Assembly (NCBI GenBank): GCA_951406725.2
Contig: OX597839.1
Location: forward strand, 32,240,001-32,304,000
Length of the DNA stretch: 64,000 nt
Source: Octopus vulgaris
Taxonomy: Eukaryota
Reading direction: 5' to 3'
Shown: in pieces, positions 27,231 to 39,591 of the stretch
How the letters are laid out: every line of letters starts with the position of its first letter
Position numbering within the stretch: position 1 is the stretch's first letter
Position numbers and translations under genes: made by a program
The notes under the pieces: model-generated
What the model saw: only the letters and a program-made list of their open reading frames with translations
Databases searched by the model: none
What the model was told of the DNA's origin: nothing

Positions 27231-27752
27231 ATATATATATATATATATATATATACATGTTTTGCAAGATTCTTGATGTGAATACGTGTGTTGAAACATA
27301 TTGTTGTATTTAGGGATGGTCATGTTGCCAGTTTAGCCAATAAAAACACACGCACAATATATATTAACTTTATATATATATTTAAAGACACATATATATA
27401 TAAACACACACATATATATATAAACATACATATATATAAACACACACATATATAAACACATATATATAAACATACATATAAACACACATATATATAAACA
27501 TACATAATAAGTTAGAAAACAGAGATGTAATGGATACAAATTAATTTATTAATTAATCAAAATATTAACCAACAATTGTTTCGTTTCTCAGATAAGATTA
27601 AAATTAAATATCCTCATTGTGACTATAAACACACACACACATACACATATAAGGAAGAACTAAATGAGATATTGTTGTATTTCGGAATGGTCATTTTGCC
27701 AGTTTAGCCAATAAAAAACACACACACTATAAACGTAATAAATGAGATAATT

Positions 27753-28178
27753 CTGGGAAGCACTCCGTCGGTTGGAAGGAAGGAAGGAAGGAAGGAAGCA
27801 CTCCGTCGGTTACGACGACGAGGGTTCCGGTTAATCCGAATCAACGGAACAGCCTGCTCGTGAAATTAACGTGTAAGTGGCTGAGCACTCCACAGACACA
27901 TGTACCCTTAACGTAGTTCTCGGGGATATTCAGCGTGACACAGAGAGTGACAAGGCCGGCCCCTTTGAAATACAGGTACAACAGAAACAGGAAGTAAGAG
28001 TGAGAGAAAGTTGTGGCGAAAGAGTACAGCAGGGATCACCACCATCCCCTGCCGGAGCCTCGTGGAGCTTTTAGGTGTTTTCGCTCAATAAACACTCACA
28101 ACGCCCGGTCTGGGGATCGAAACCGCGATCCTACGACCGCGAGTCCACTGCCCTAACCACTGGGCCATTGTGCCTCCC
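27753..28178 (-). mobile_element. Family C SINE (head C, tail Y) with a 14-bp TSD
   Basis: Same head as 20287 but a different 3' half. TSD taaatgagataatt at 27739-27752 and 28179-28192. Confidence 0.9.
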
Positions 28179-28380
28179 TAAATGAGATAATTATTCCCTT
28201 ATACAGCACAGTTAATTAGCGTTCTAATTGAGCCTCAGGAGTATAAAACCAAAAAAGAGAGAACAAATTTCAAAGGTCAGAGTTCATATTCACTAAATAC
28301 ATTTCAAAGCATCGGAATACTCCACAGTATATACATAGGCGCATTCATATACAAAATATAATATAAACATTTATACATAT

Positions 28381-28768
28381 AGGCATAAGAGTGGCTTTGT
28401 GGTAAGTAGCTTGCTTACGAACAACATGGTTTCAGGTTCAGTCCCACTGCGTGGCACCTTGGGTAAGTGTCTTCTACTATAGCCTTGGGCCGACCAAAGC
28501 CTTGTGAGGGGATTTGGTAGACGGAAACTGAAAGAAGCCCGTCGTATATATGTATATATATATATATACATGTGTATAAAAACACAGACACATATACATA
28601 TATACGACAGGCTTCTTTCAGTTTCCGTCTACCAAATCCACTCACAAGCCTTTGGTTGGCGCAAGGCTATAGTAGAAGACATTTGCCCAAGATGCCACGC
28701 AGTGGGACTGAACCCGGAACCATGTGGCTGGTAAGCAAGCTACTCACCACACAGCTACTCCTGCGTCT
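28381..28768. mobile_element. Inverted pair of family A SINE 5' halves
   Basis: Plus copy 28381-28550 and minus copy 28600-28768 meet at the internal (TA)n tract. Confidence 0.9.
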
Positions 28769-28799
28769 ATGGGTTAGGGTTATATATATACACAACAAT

Positions 28800-29035
28800 G
28801 GCTGCGAGCTGGCAGAATCGTTAGCGCGCCGGGCGAAATGCTTAGCGGTATTTCGTCTGTCGTTACGTTCTGAGTTCAAATTCCACCAAGGTCAACTTTG
28901 CCTTTCATCCTTTCGGGGTCGATAAATAAAGTACCAGTTTCACACTGGGGAGGGGGGTCGAAGTAATCGACTTAATCCCTTTGTCTGTCCTTGTTTGTCC
29001 CCTCTATGTTTAGCCCCTTGTGGGTAATAAAGAAA
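28800..29035 (+). mobile_element. Family B SINE
   Basis: Same head, core and tail as 36146-36378. Confidence 0.85.
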
Positions 29036-29047
29036 TATATATATATA

Positions 29048-29625
29048 CTCTTTTATTTGTTTCAGCCATGCTGGAGCACCGCCTTTTAGTCGAGCAAATC
29101 GACCCTTGGACTTATTCTTTGTAAGCCCAGTACTTATTCTATCGGTCCCTTTTGCCGAACACTAAGTGACGGGGACGTAAACACACCAGCATCGGTTGTC
29201 AAGCAATGCTAGGGGGACAAACACAGACACACAAACACACACACACATATATATATACACATATATACGACAGGCTTCTTTCAGTTTCCGTCTACCAAAT
29301 CCACTCACAAGGCATTGCTCGGCCCGGGGCTATAGCAGAAGACACTTGCCCAAGATGCCACGCAGTGGGACTGAACCCGGAACCATGTGGCTGGTAAGCA
29401 AGCTACTTACCACACAGCCACTCCTGCGTCTATGGGTTAGGGTTATATATATATATAGATAGATACACAAACAATGGGCTTCTTTCAGTTTCTGTCTACC
29501 AAATCCTCTCATAAGGTTTCGGTTGGCCTGAAGCTATAGTAAAAGACACTGGCTCAAGCGCCATGCAGTGGGACTGAACCCGGAACCATATTGTCGGGAA
29601 GCAAGCTTCTTACCACACTGCCAAT
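29048..29625 (-). mobile_element. Full-length family A SINE plus an extra 5' half
   Basis: Full copy 29048-29430, head half 29475-29625. Confidence 0.9.
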
Positions 29626-29865
29626 GCATACATCTCTCTCTCTCTCTCTCTATCTATCTATTTTTTCCTCTCCCCCCCTTTTTTTTTTAAATCCTCCCCT
29701 TTTTTTGTTCTTTCTTTCCTTTTACGATCCCTTTTGATCGAAAACCAACCCCCCTTTTTTTTACCCCCAAAAGAAAAGCTCTACCTTGTAATTTGTTCTG
29801 TCTGTGTGCAGCCCTGTGTGGCTAATAAAGAAACATATCTATCTACCTACACTTATTGATGTACA

Positions 29866-29899
<34 letters not shown>

Positions 29900-30129
29900 C
29901 ACGCATATGCCTTGATGTTCGTTTTTATGTTATAATAAAAACAATTTTACAGTAAAACGAAGGATTACTCAATACATTTGGTAGAGTAAAGAAAATAGAA
30001 GAAACCAAAATATTGAAGTTTAATTATTTATGAAAAACGGTTTGTGAAAAACGAGAAGAGAATACAACAGAGCAGCAAAGAGAAGAGAAGAGAAAAAGAG
30101 TTTGGTAAATAATTCGGTTGGGAAAGTAG

Positions 30130-31300
30130 ACAGCTGTCAGGCTGGCCGGCGTGGCTGGCCGGTCTGGCCTGTTGGACAGGTCCGGCTGGCCGGCCTGGCT
30201 GGCTGGCTGGCTCACAAGGAAGGTCAGGTGACTAGTCTTAAAGTGCCTGGTGACGCTTTTTTTTGTTTTTGTTGTTTTTTTGGTGACTGGATTACGAACA
30301 GACAGCCAGGCAGACAGACAGACAGACAGACCAGCTAGCTGGGCTTGGCTTGCTGGCTGGTCTGGCTGGCTGGCCCGGTCTGGCTGGCTGGCTGGCTGGC
30401 TTGGCTTGCTGGCAGGTCTGTCTGGCTGGCCTGGGCTGGCTGGCTTGGCTTGCTGGCTGGTCTGTCTGGCTGGCCTGGGCTGGCTTGGCTTGCTGGCTGG
30501 TCTGTCTGGCTGGTTGCCTAGGGTGTTGGATGGCTTAATACATGTTACTGTCTGCGTGCTTTTTGCTAGTCTAGCTTTTAGCTGGCTAAACCTTGCCAGT
30601 CTGTCTGTCGGTCGGTCGGTCGGTTGGCTAAGCTCGCTGTTTCCTCCCTGGATTGTCTTGCTGGGCTTGGAATGAGGCATTAAAGAATGGATGCGTGACT
30701 AGTGGCTGGCTGGCTGGCTTGGTTTCCACGTCGGTCGGTTGGTGAAAAGAGAGAAAAAAAGAAAGAAAGAAAAAAGAAAGAAGGAAAAAAAGAAGGAGGC
30801 TGTCTGTCTGCTGAGAGAGGGAAAAAGAAGGCTTTTGCAGTGACGGCTGGCTGGTTGGTTGGTTGGTTGGTTGGTTGGTTGGCTGAATAAAAATGGCTGA
30901 TGAGGTGAGCGGTTCACTTGGCTTGTTGGCCGGCTGGCGGGCTGGTGCCTGCCTGACTGGTTGGTTGCCCGGTCGGTCGGCCGGTTGGCGAAATATGGCT
31001 GATGAGGTGAGTAGCTCGCTGCTTGGCTGGCTGACTTTCTGTCTGTCTGTCAGTCTGGCTGGCTGGCTGGCTGGCTGACTGTCTGTCTGTCAGTCTGACA
31101 GGCTGACTGTCTGTCTGTCTGTCAGTCTGGCTGGCTGACTGTCTGTCAGGCTGGCTGTCTGTCTGTCTGTCTGACTGGCTGACTCTCTGGCAGGCTGGCT
31201 GGTTGGTTGGTTGGTTGGTTGCCTGGCTGGCTGCCTGGTTGGTTGCCTGGCTAAAATAGCTGATGAGGTGAGTGGGTGCTTGTTGGGCTGGTTGACAGGT
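30130..31300. repeat. Mosaic (GGCT)/(GTCT)/(GGTT) tetranucleotide tract
   Basis: Seen directly; source of the LAGW/QPAS ORFs. Confidence 0.9.
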
Positions 31301-31511
31301 TGTTTTTTTTTAACCCAAGGTCGGCCTAGACTGAGTAATCTTATGATCAAGCACATTCCAGCTGTGGCCAGCCCGTTCATTTTCAATCCTATGTTGTTTA
31401 ATGCATTTTCATTTATTTAAAAAAAAGCAATGTAAATGGCGGTGCCCCAGCATGGCCACAGCTCGTGAGCTGAAACTAGATAAAATAATTTTTAAAAAAA
31501 TAAAATAAAAT

Positions 31512-32960
31512 GTGAGATTTGGGAGAGTTTTTTGCCTGCCATTTCTAACATACTAAGTGACTTCATAGAGACCTCATTGCCTTATAATTTAAGAGAGCTT
31601 TGGCTGCTATTTCTAGCCTGTTAAATGACTGTATACGGACTCCTTTGTTGGCTCATAATTAGTGGGAGTTTTGGCTGCTATTTCCAAATAGTTAAGACTC
31701 CCTCATTGTGTCATAATTTAAGAGAGCTTTGGCTGCTATTTCTAGCCTGTTAAATGACTGTATACGGACTCCTTTGTTGGCTCATAATTAGTGGGAGTTT
31801 TGGCTGCTATTTCCAAATAGTTAAGACTCCCTCATTGTGTCATAATTTAAGAGAGCTTTGGCTGCTATTTCTAGCCTGTTGAATGACTGTATACGGACTC
31901 CTTTGTTGGCTCATAATTAGTGGGAGTTTTGGCTGCTATTTCCAAATAGTTAAGACTCCCTCATTGTGTCATAATTTAAGGGAGTTTTGGCTGCTATTTC
32001 TAGCCTGTTGAATGACTGCATACGGACTCCTTTGTTGGCTCATAATTTGTGGGAGTTTTGGCTGCTATTTCCAAATAGTTAAGAATCCCTCATTGGGTCA
32101 TAATTTAAGAGAGTTTTGGCTGCTATTTCTAGCCTGTTGAATGACTGCATACGGACTCCTTTGTTGGCTCATAATTTGTGGGAGTTTTGGCTGCTATTTC
32201 CAAATAGTTAAGACTCCCTCATTGGGTCATAATTTAAGGGAGTTTTGGCTGCTATTTCTAGCCTGTTGAATGACTGCATACGGACTCCTTTGTTGGCTCA
32301 TAATTTGTGGGAGTTTTGGCTGCTATTTCCAAATAGTTAAGAATCCCTCATTGGGTCATAATTTAAGAGAGTTTTGGCTGCTATTTCTAGCCTGTTGAAT
32401 GACTGCATACGGACTCCTTTGTTGGCTCATAATTTGTGGGAGTTTTGGCTGCTATTTCCAAATAGTTAAGACTCCCTCATTGGGTCATAATTTAAGGGAG
32501 TTTTGACTGCTATTACTAGCATAGTAGATCGTATAGCAACTCTCTTATTGGTTCATAACTTACGGGAGATTTGGCTGTTATCTCTAGCGAATCATGTATC
32601 CTAAAAAGAGACTCTCTCATTTGTTCATAATTTCAGGAAGACTTAGTTGTTATTTCTGCTTTGTCAAGTGACCTCATAGCTACACCCTCATTAACTCATA
32701 ATATGAGGGTATTTTGGCTGCTGTTTCTAGCCTGTTGAGTGACTTCACAGGGACTCCTTTATTGGCTCATAATTTGAGGGAATTTTGACTGCTATTTCTA
32801 ACGAGTCAAGACTCCCTCGTGTGTTCATAATTTCAGGAAGACTTAGTTGTTATTTCTGCTTTGTCAAGTGACCTCATAGCTACACCCTCATTAACTCATA
32901 ATATGAGGGTGCTTTGGCTGCTGTTTCTAGCCTGTCAACTGACCTCCTAAGGACTCCCTT
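31512..32960 (+). repeat. Higher-order tandem array with a 129-bp period (71+58-bp subunits)
   Basis: Unit starts at 31583, 31712, 31841, 31970, 32099, 32228, 32357 and 32486. Both subunits share cataatt..ggagttttggctgctatttc. Diverged subunits with a 201-bp period follow (32624, 32825). Confidence 0.95.
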
Positions 32961-33149
32961 TACCATATCAAGTATCCAAGCTAACATTTGGTTGGTTTGT
33001 AAGCTGGCTGGCTGGCATTGTTGACAGGCTGGTTGGTAGGTGACTGACAGAGAAATTGATTAAGATAACAATAATTAGTTCGTCTAAGGCCATAATTATA
33101 ATTAACTAAAACAATTAAATATGGTGGAGCTCCCTTTTATCATCTGTGT

Positions 33150-33435
33150 TTTACCTGTTTCAGTCATTTGACTGTGGCCATGCTGGAGCAAAGTCTTGAA
33201 GAATTCTAGTCAAATGAATCGACCCCTCTTTTACTCTTTTACTTGTTTCAGTCATTTGACTGCGGCCATGCTGGAGCACCGCCTCTAATCGAGCAAATCG
33301 ACCCCAGGACTTATTCTTTTGTAAGCCCAGTACTTATTCTATCTGTCTCTTTTGCCGAACCGCTAAGTAACGGGGACATAAACACACCTGCATCGGTTGT
33401 CAAGCAATGCTAGGGGGACAAACACAGACACACGA

Positions 33436-33468
<33 letters not shown>

Positions 33469-33962
33469 CACACATATATACGACGGGCTTCTTTCAGTTT
33501 CCGTCTACCAAATCCACTCACAAGGCTTTGGTCGGCCCGGGGCTATAGCAGAAGACACTTGCCCAAGATACCACGCAGTGGGACTGAACCCGGAACCATG
33601 TGGTTGGTAAGCAAGCTACTTACCACACAGCCACTCCTTATTTTTGTAAAGCCTGGTACTTATTCTATCAGTATCTATTGCCGAATGGCTAAGTTACAGG
33701 GTTGTAAACAAACCATCACCAGTTGTCAAGCATTGATGGGGGGACAAACACAGACAGAAACACACCCATGTATATTATCTTATTTTTTTACTTTTATGTT
33801 TCAGATATTAGACTGTGGCCATACTGGAGCACCGCCTTTAGTTGAACAAATCGACCCCAGGACTTATTCGTTGAAAGCCTAGTACTTATTCCATCAGTAT
33901 CCTTTGCTGAAGCAATAGTGGTGAGGGGGACAAGTACAGACATACAAATACATACATAAACA

Positions 33963-33998
<36 letters not shown>

Positions 33999-34140
33999 CA
34001 CGATAGGCTTCTTTCAGTTTCCATCTTCCAAATTTGCTCACAAGGTTTTAGTTGGCCAGTTCGCCAAGGTGCCACGCAGTGGGACTGAACCCAGAACCAT
34101 GTGATTTGAAAGCAAGCTTCTTACCACACAGTCACTCCTG
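33150..34140 (-). mobile_element. Nested cluster of family A SINEs
   Basis: Young copy 33228-33638 splits an older copy; a further copy lies at 33795-34140. Confidence 0.88.
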
Positions 34141-34169
34141 CACATATCTATCTATTTAAACCAAATCAA

Positions 34170-34612
34170 ATCAGATATCAGAAAGCAGAACCAAAATCGA
34201 AGTCGATCAACATCAATGGAAATTGCAGCTGTGATACCAGTGCCGGTGACAAGTAAGTGAACCATCCAATCGTGGCCGTTGCCAGCGCCACCCCGACTGG
34301 CCTCTGTGCCAGTGGCACGTAAAAAGCACCATCCGATCATGGCCGTTGCCAGCCTCACCTGGCCCCCGTGCCGGTGGCACATAAAAAGCACCATCCGTCC
34401 GTGGCCGTTTGCCAGCCCCGTCTGGCACCTGTGCGGGTGGCACGTAAAAAGCACCCAGTACACTCACGGAGTGGTTGGCATTAGGAAGGGCATCCAGCTG
34501 TAGAAACACTGCCAGATCAGACCTGGCCTGATGCAGCCTTCTGGCTTCCCAGACCCCAGTTGAACCGTCCAACCCATGCTAGCATGGAGAACGGACGTTA
34601 AACGATGATGAT
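34170..34612 (+). mobile_element. RTE LINE 3' UTR with about three internal ~64-bp units
   Basis: Ends ggaagggcatccagctgtagaaac ... ccaacccatgctagcatgga..acggacgttaaac(gat)n, the same tail type as on the RT fragment at 42080. Confidence 0.85.
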
Positions 34613-34629
34613 GATATATATATATATAC

Positions 34630-34660
<31 letters not shown>

Positions 34661-35067
34661 GAGTGTTAGGTGTGATGTACAGAAATTGAATATTGAGAAA
34701 AAAATTTTGTAAGAATTTTGGAAAAAAATTCTTTTTATTTCTTCATTATGATTAGTGATTTCGTTCCTTTCTTGAACTTGTTGAATAAAATTTTGTGAAT
34801 GCACAAACAGCTTGTTTATTTATATAAAACAGATGGTTTTTGAGGGTTTTGTTTAGAAGATAACATTGCTTTTTTTTGGGGGGGGGGTCCATGACAATGA
34901 AGATGGATAGATAGAAATATATGTAGGTAAGTAAATAGATAGAAAGATAGATGGATATGGATAGATAGATCGATACACGGATAGGTAGAGAGAGAGAGAG
35001 CGAGAAAGAGAGAGAAGTGGTATTCTCCTTCCTATTCACCATTTATTTATTTATATATATATATATT

Positions 35068-35540
35068 ATCATCATCATCATTGTTTAGCGTCCGCTTTCC
35101 ATGCTGGCATGGGTTGGACGGTTCAACTGGGGTTTGGAAAGCCAGAAGGCTGCACCAGGCCCAATCTTGATCTGGCAGAGTTTCTACAGCTGGATGCCCT
35201 TCCTAACGCCAACCACTCCATGAGTGTAGTGGGTGCTTTTTATGTGCCACTGGCACAGGGGCCAGGCGAGGCTGGCAACGGCCACAATCGGATGGTGCTT
35301 TTTACGTGCCACCGGCACGAGGCCAGTCAGGGCGAGGCGCTGGCAACAGCCACATTCGGATGGTTCTCTTGTGTACCACCGGGACTGGTATCACAGCTGC
35401 AATTTCCATTGATGTTGATCGATTTTGATTCTCACTTGCCTCAACAGGTCTTCACAAGTAGAGTTTTGTGTCCCAAGAAGGAAAGGTATGCATAAGTGGA
35501 CTTGCTACATCCCGTGTAGAGGCCACGGGTTATGGTCATA
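35068..35540 (-). mobile_element. RTE LINE 3' end (longest UTR copy)
   Basis: Inverted relative to 34170-34612. Other RTE tails at about 22560-22640, 23860-24112, 25960-26120, 26415-26705, 36475-36635, 37055-37120, 44100-44345, 57510-57600 and 59140-59490. Confidence 0.85.
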
Positions 35541-36009
35541 TAACTCCTTTAAGTTTCCAGCTACCAAATCCACTCACAAGCCTTTAATCACCCTAGTGTT
35601 ATAGTAGAAGACATTTGCCTAAGGTATCTTGGAGTGAGATTGAACCCAAGCCGTGTTGTTGGGAAGCAGGCCTTATTACTACACACCCATGCCTACACTT
35701 TCTCTAATTGTTTTCCTGTTATCTCTCGTAACATCACTCCACTCTGGTCGGTCAATTAATCCACCAGTCTCTGTTCAATTACCGAAACTATATATACTCT
35801 CTTTAGTCTGAACGACCTAGAAAATTAATTACCATAAATTACTGACTAAAGTAGCATTAATTTTGGAGGTCATTCAATTTTCTCAACCAATCAATGGGCT
35901 GATTGAGTAAAGCTATCAATATGAAACCTATCATGACTACTGGAAACGGCTGTAAGTCAAATTTACTACAATAAAAAAAAAAAAATGTAATGACCAATAT
36001 TTATGCTTT

Positions 36010-36145
36010 ACGTCTGAAAAGACCAAGAAAATGATAAGTGGGATCACAGTCATCTGGGAAGAGGGGCGTGACGAGGGCCACGAATTGAAGCATGCCAAAT
36101 ATGAGAGCCTTCTGCAGGATTTCAGGGAGAAGGGATGACAGGTAT
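36010..36145 (+). mobile_element. Second HERO-like endonuclease relic
   Basis: Reads SEKTKKMISGITVIWEEGRDEGHELKHAKYESLLQDFREKG*QVW, similar to ELTVPWEE...AHERKxxKYxxLxxxCxxxGW. Cut off by a SINE at 36146. Confidence 0.6.
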
Positions 36146-36378
36146 GGCGGTGAGCTGGCAGAAACGTTAGCACGCCGGGCGAAATGCGTAGCCGTATTTC
36201 GTCTGTCGTTACGTTGTGAGTTCAAATTCCGTCGAGGTCGACTTTGCTTTCATCCTTTCCGGGTCGATAAATTAAGTACCAGTTACGCACTGGGGTCGAT
36301 GTAATCGACTTAATACCTATGTCTGTCCTTGTTTGTCCCCTCTATGTTTTGCCCCTTGTGGGTAGTAAAGAAATAGGT
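36146..36378 (+). mobile_element. Family B SINE (probably Nin/Deu-like central domain)
   Basis: Head ggcggtgagctggcagaaacgttagc ... gagttcaaattcc, core ctttcatcctttccgggtcgataaattaagtaccagtt, tail ending gtgggtagtaaagaaata. Confidence 0.85.
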
Positions 36379-36658
36379 ATGGCTTTTCCCAGTTGAGGCT
36401 GGCTGTTGGGAATTCCCAGCTCAGTCGGCATGGAAGGTGCTTTCAGCCATTGGAATGAGAGGAAAGGAGAGAAAGGTGGTATTAGGAAGGGCCATTCAGC
36501 CATAGAAAACATGCCAAAACAGACAATGGAGCCTGGTATGGCCCCTGAACTTATTAGCTCCTGTCAAGCGGCCCGGTCCGTTGCATGCTAGCATGGGAAA
36601 AGGACATTAAATGATGATGCTGATGATGATGATGACATTAATGATGACAACGACAATA

Positions 36659-36962
36659 TCTTTATATATAAAACTGAAGTTGTGTGAGAGTCTGTCTCCT
36701 CCAATTTAGATTCCTAACTACTCCCACATTTTGCGGTGCAGTTAACCAAAAGTGGGTATCTTATAGTCGTGATTCATATCGAGCCCTTCTGGGTATTAGC
36801 GCGCGTCTACGATGAGTCTACAATTTAAAAAAAAATTTACCATCATTTTTTTCCCCATTTTTAATGCATTTTTTTGCTATTATATAAGGGAAGTAACTCT
36901 CTAAAAATGCTTATATAGTTATTTCCCTTACAAACCCGAGCAACGCCGGGCGATACTGCAAG
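36659..36962 (+). mobile_element. Non-autonomous Helitron
   Basis: A|TCTTTATATATAAA start, subterminal hairpin CCCGAGCAACGCCGGG, end CAAG|T (decayed CTAG), no TSD. Near-identical to 58476-58953. Confidence 0.85.
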
Positions 36963-37739
36963 TATAAGTATAAATAAATGCAATAATTATAATGATAGAA
37001 AATATGGAGACCGATACATCCTCAAAATTTATTTCCTCTAATTTTACAATGTCATCATCATCATCATCATCATCGTCGTCGTTTAATGTCTGCCTTCCAT
37101 GCTGACATGGGTGGGACAGCATATCTTCATGCTGTATGACATGGTAAAATGTAAGGAAATAAATTTTGAGGATGTATCAGTCCCCATATTCTCTATAGAT
37201 CCATACGGAGACTGATATACACTCCAGATGACATTACACCATTGTGTGAAGCAAACACAGAATTACCCATTGGAGGAATCTACGGCATGAGTGACAACTC
37301 CTAGTAGCCATAGACATTAATTACTAATTGATGATGTTAGCTTTAACCTGGAACATAACTGAGACCTACTATGGTATCCATACAGATAATGTAGCCCTTT
37401 AAACCCAATCATATAAATCATATATATATATATATATGTATATTAAAAATGAAGTTCAATCTTGATTGCTTGCTTGCTTGCAATGTTACATAGCCAACTG
37501 GCACATAATGGGAAAATACTTTGAAAGTAAAGTGCCCCTGAAATGTGAATACAAACGGAATAAAACAAGTTTTGCATAAATTGGATCAGTGGTTATTGAA
37601 ATATTGAGAAATAAAAGGGATTATCTTAAATGGTTTGTCAGACGTAGTTGATAGAGTTCTGTTACTGAGAAATGTGTGCTGACTTGAAACTGCGGTGGCT
37701 CATCCATTATGGATTGCAGCATGGAAGGTGGATGTAAAA

Positions 37740-38112
37740 CAATGATGACGATGATGATGATGATGCTGGCATGCATGATGAGGATGATGATGGCGATGAG
37801 GATGATGATGACGATGATGATGACGACGACGATGATGACAGTGATGATGATGATGGTGATGACGATGATGCTGGCGTGCATGATGAGGATGATGTTGGTG
37901 ATGAGGATGACGACGACAATGACAGTAATGATGATGATGGTGATGGAGGATGATGACAATGGCGATGATGATGATGATGATGATGATGAAAATGATGAGA
38001 ATGATGACGGTGATGATGATGACAATGGTGATGATGATGATGATGAAGATGACGATGATGGTGATGATGAAGATGATGATGATGGTGATGATGATAATGA
38101 TGATGGTGGTAA
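37740..38112 (+). repeat. Compound (GAT/GAC)n microsatellite extending an RTE tail
   Basis: Follows a decayed RTE end (37705-37745) and has internal higher-order structure. Confidence 0.9.
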
Positions 38113-38724
38113 TGAAGTTTCTGGTAGCACCAACTTTACTATCTGTTTCGGTGGTTAACCTGCTGGCTGGTTGGCTGGCTGGCTAGACTGGCTGGATTTT
38201 GGAGATTAACTAACTAGGTGACACTGATAGATGTGTGGCTTTCTGATAAGATTAACAGATTTACTATCTGTGTTAGATAAGTCGAAGAGTTTTCATTCTC
38301 CTGCTGGAAAGGTGAACCGGCAGCTGGGGTACTGTGTCACTGAGTTGACCATCTGAAGGAAGTAAAGGGTCAACTCAATGGTTTAGTTGAGAAATATAGG
38401 GTCCAAATAGATGATTTAGGCCTCACTTCAGCAGCATGAAGGCCCAGAAGTAATGGCTGAGTGGCAGAGAAGTTCACTTGGTTGTTTTGGGTTCAGTTCC
38501 TGTTTATATTTTCACCCCCCACCCCCACCCCATTACGTCAGCCCAAGGCTGTAATAGGAGTCACTTACCAAAAGTACCACACAGTGGGACTGAACCTGGA
38601 ACCATGTGATTGGGAAGTAAACTTCTTACCACACAGCCACAACTGGAACTTTTTGTACATATTTGTATATATACATATAAATATACACACACACACATAT
38701 ATAAAATGATAATAATAATAATAA

Positions 38725-38953
38725 TCCTTTCTACTATAGACACAAGGCTTGAAATTTGGTGGGGTGGGGTATAGTCGATTAGATTGACCCCCAGTATTAC
38801 ACTGGTGCTTATTTTTTTGACCTCGAAAGGATAAAAGGCAAAGTTGACTTCACTGGAATTTGAACTCAGAATGTAAAGACAAATGAAATACTACAAAGCA
38901 TTTCGTCCGGCATGCTAACCATTCTGCCAGCTCACTGTATTAATAATAATAAC

Positions 38954-39016
<63 letters not shown>

Positions 39017-39233
39017 GGTGGTGTCAAATTTTGCCCCAAGGGCAGCAATTTTCGGGGGAAGAGATCAGTCAATTACATCGACACCCAGTGTTCAACTGGT
39101 ACTTATTTGATTGACCCTGAAAGAATGAAAAGCAAAGATGACTTAGGTAGAATTTGAACCCAGAATGTAAAGACAAATAAATTACTGCAAAGCATCTCAC
39201 TCAGCGTGCTAACAATTCTGCCAACTCGCTGCC

Positions 39234-39285
<52 letters not shown>

Positions 39286-39508
39286 TAATAATCCTTTCTA
39301 CTATAGGCACAAGGCTTGCAATTTGTGGGTAGGGGGATAGTCAATTACATTGACCCCCAGTGTTTCACTGGTACTTAATTTATGCATCCGGAAAGGTCGA
39401 AAGGCAAAGTTGACCTTGGCGGAATTTGAACTCAGAACGTAAAGGGGAACAAAAATGCTGCTAAACATTTCACCCAGTGTGCTAACAATTCCGCCAGCTA
39501 GTCACCTT
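38725..39508 (-). mobile_element. Three tandem family B SINEs separated by (AAT)n
   Basis: Copies at about 38725-38938, 39025-39235 and 39292-39508. Confidence 0.85.
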
Positions 39509-39541
39509 AATTAAAATAATAATAATAATAATAACAATAAC

Positions 39542-39591
<50 letters not shown>

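Noticed and set aside
30898-30920. Hammerhead at CTGATGAG-GTGAG..TTCAC
   Set aside because: No GAAA follows the putative stem II in any of the three copies.
31512-32960. CRISPR array
   Set aside because: The intervening sequences alternate between two repeated types instead of being unique spacers, there are no cas genes, and the context is eukaryotic.
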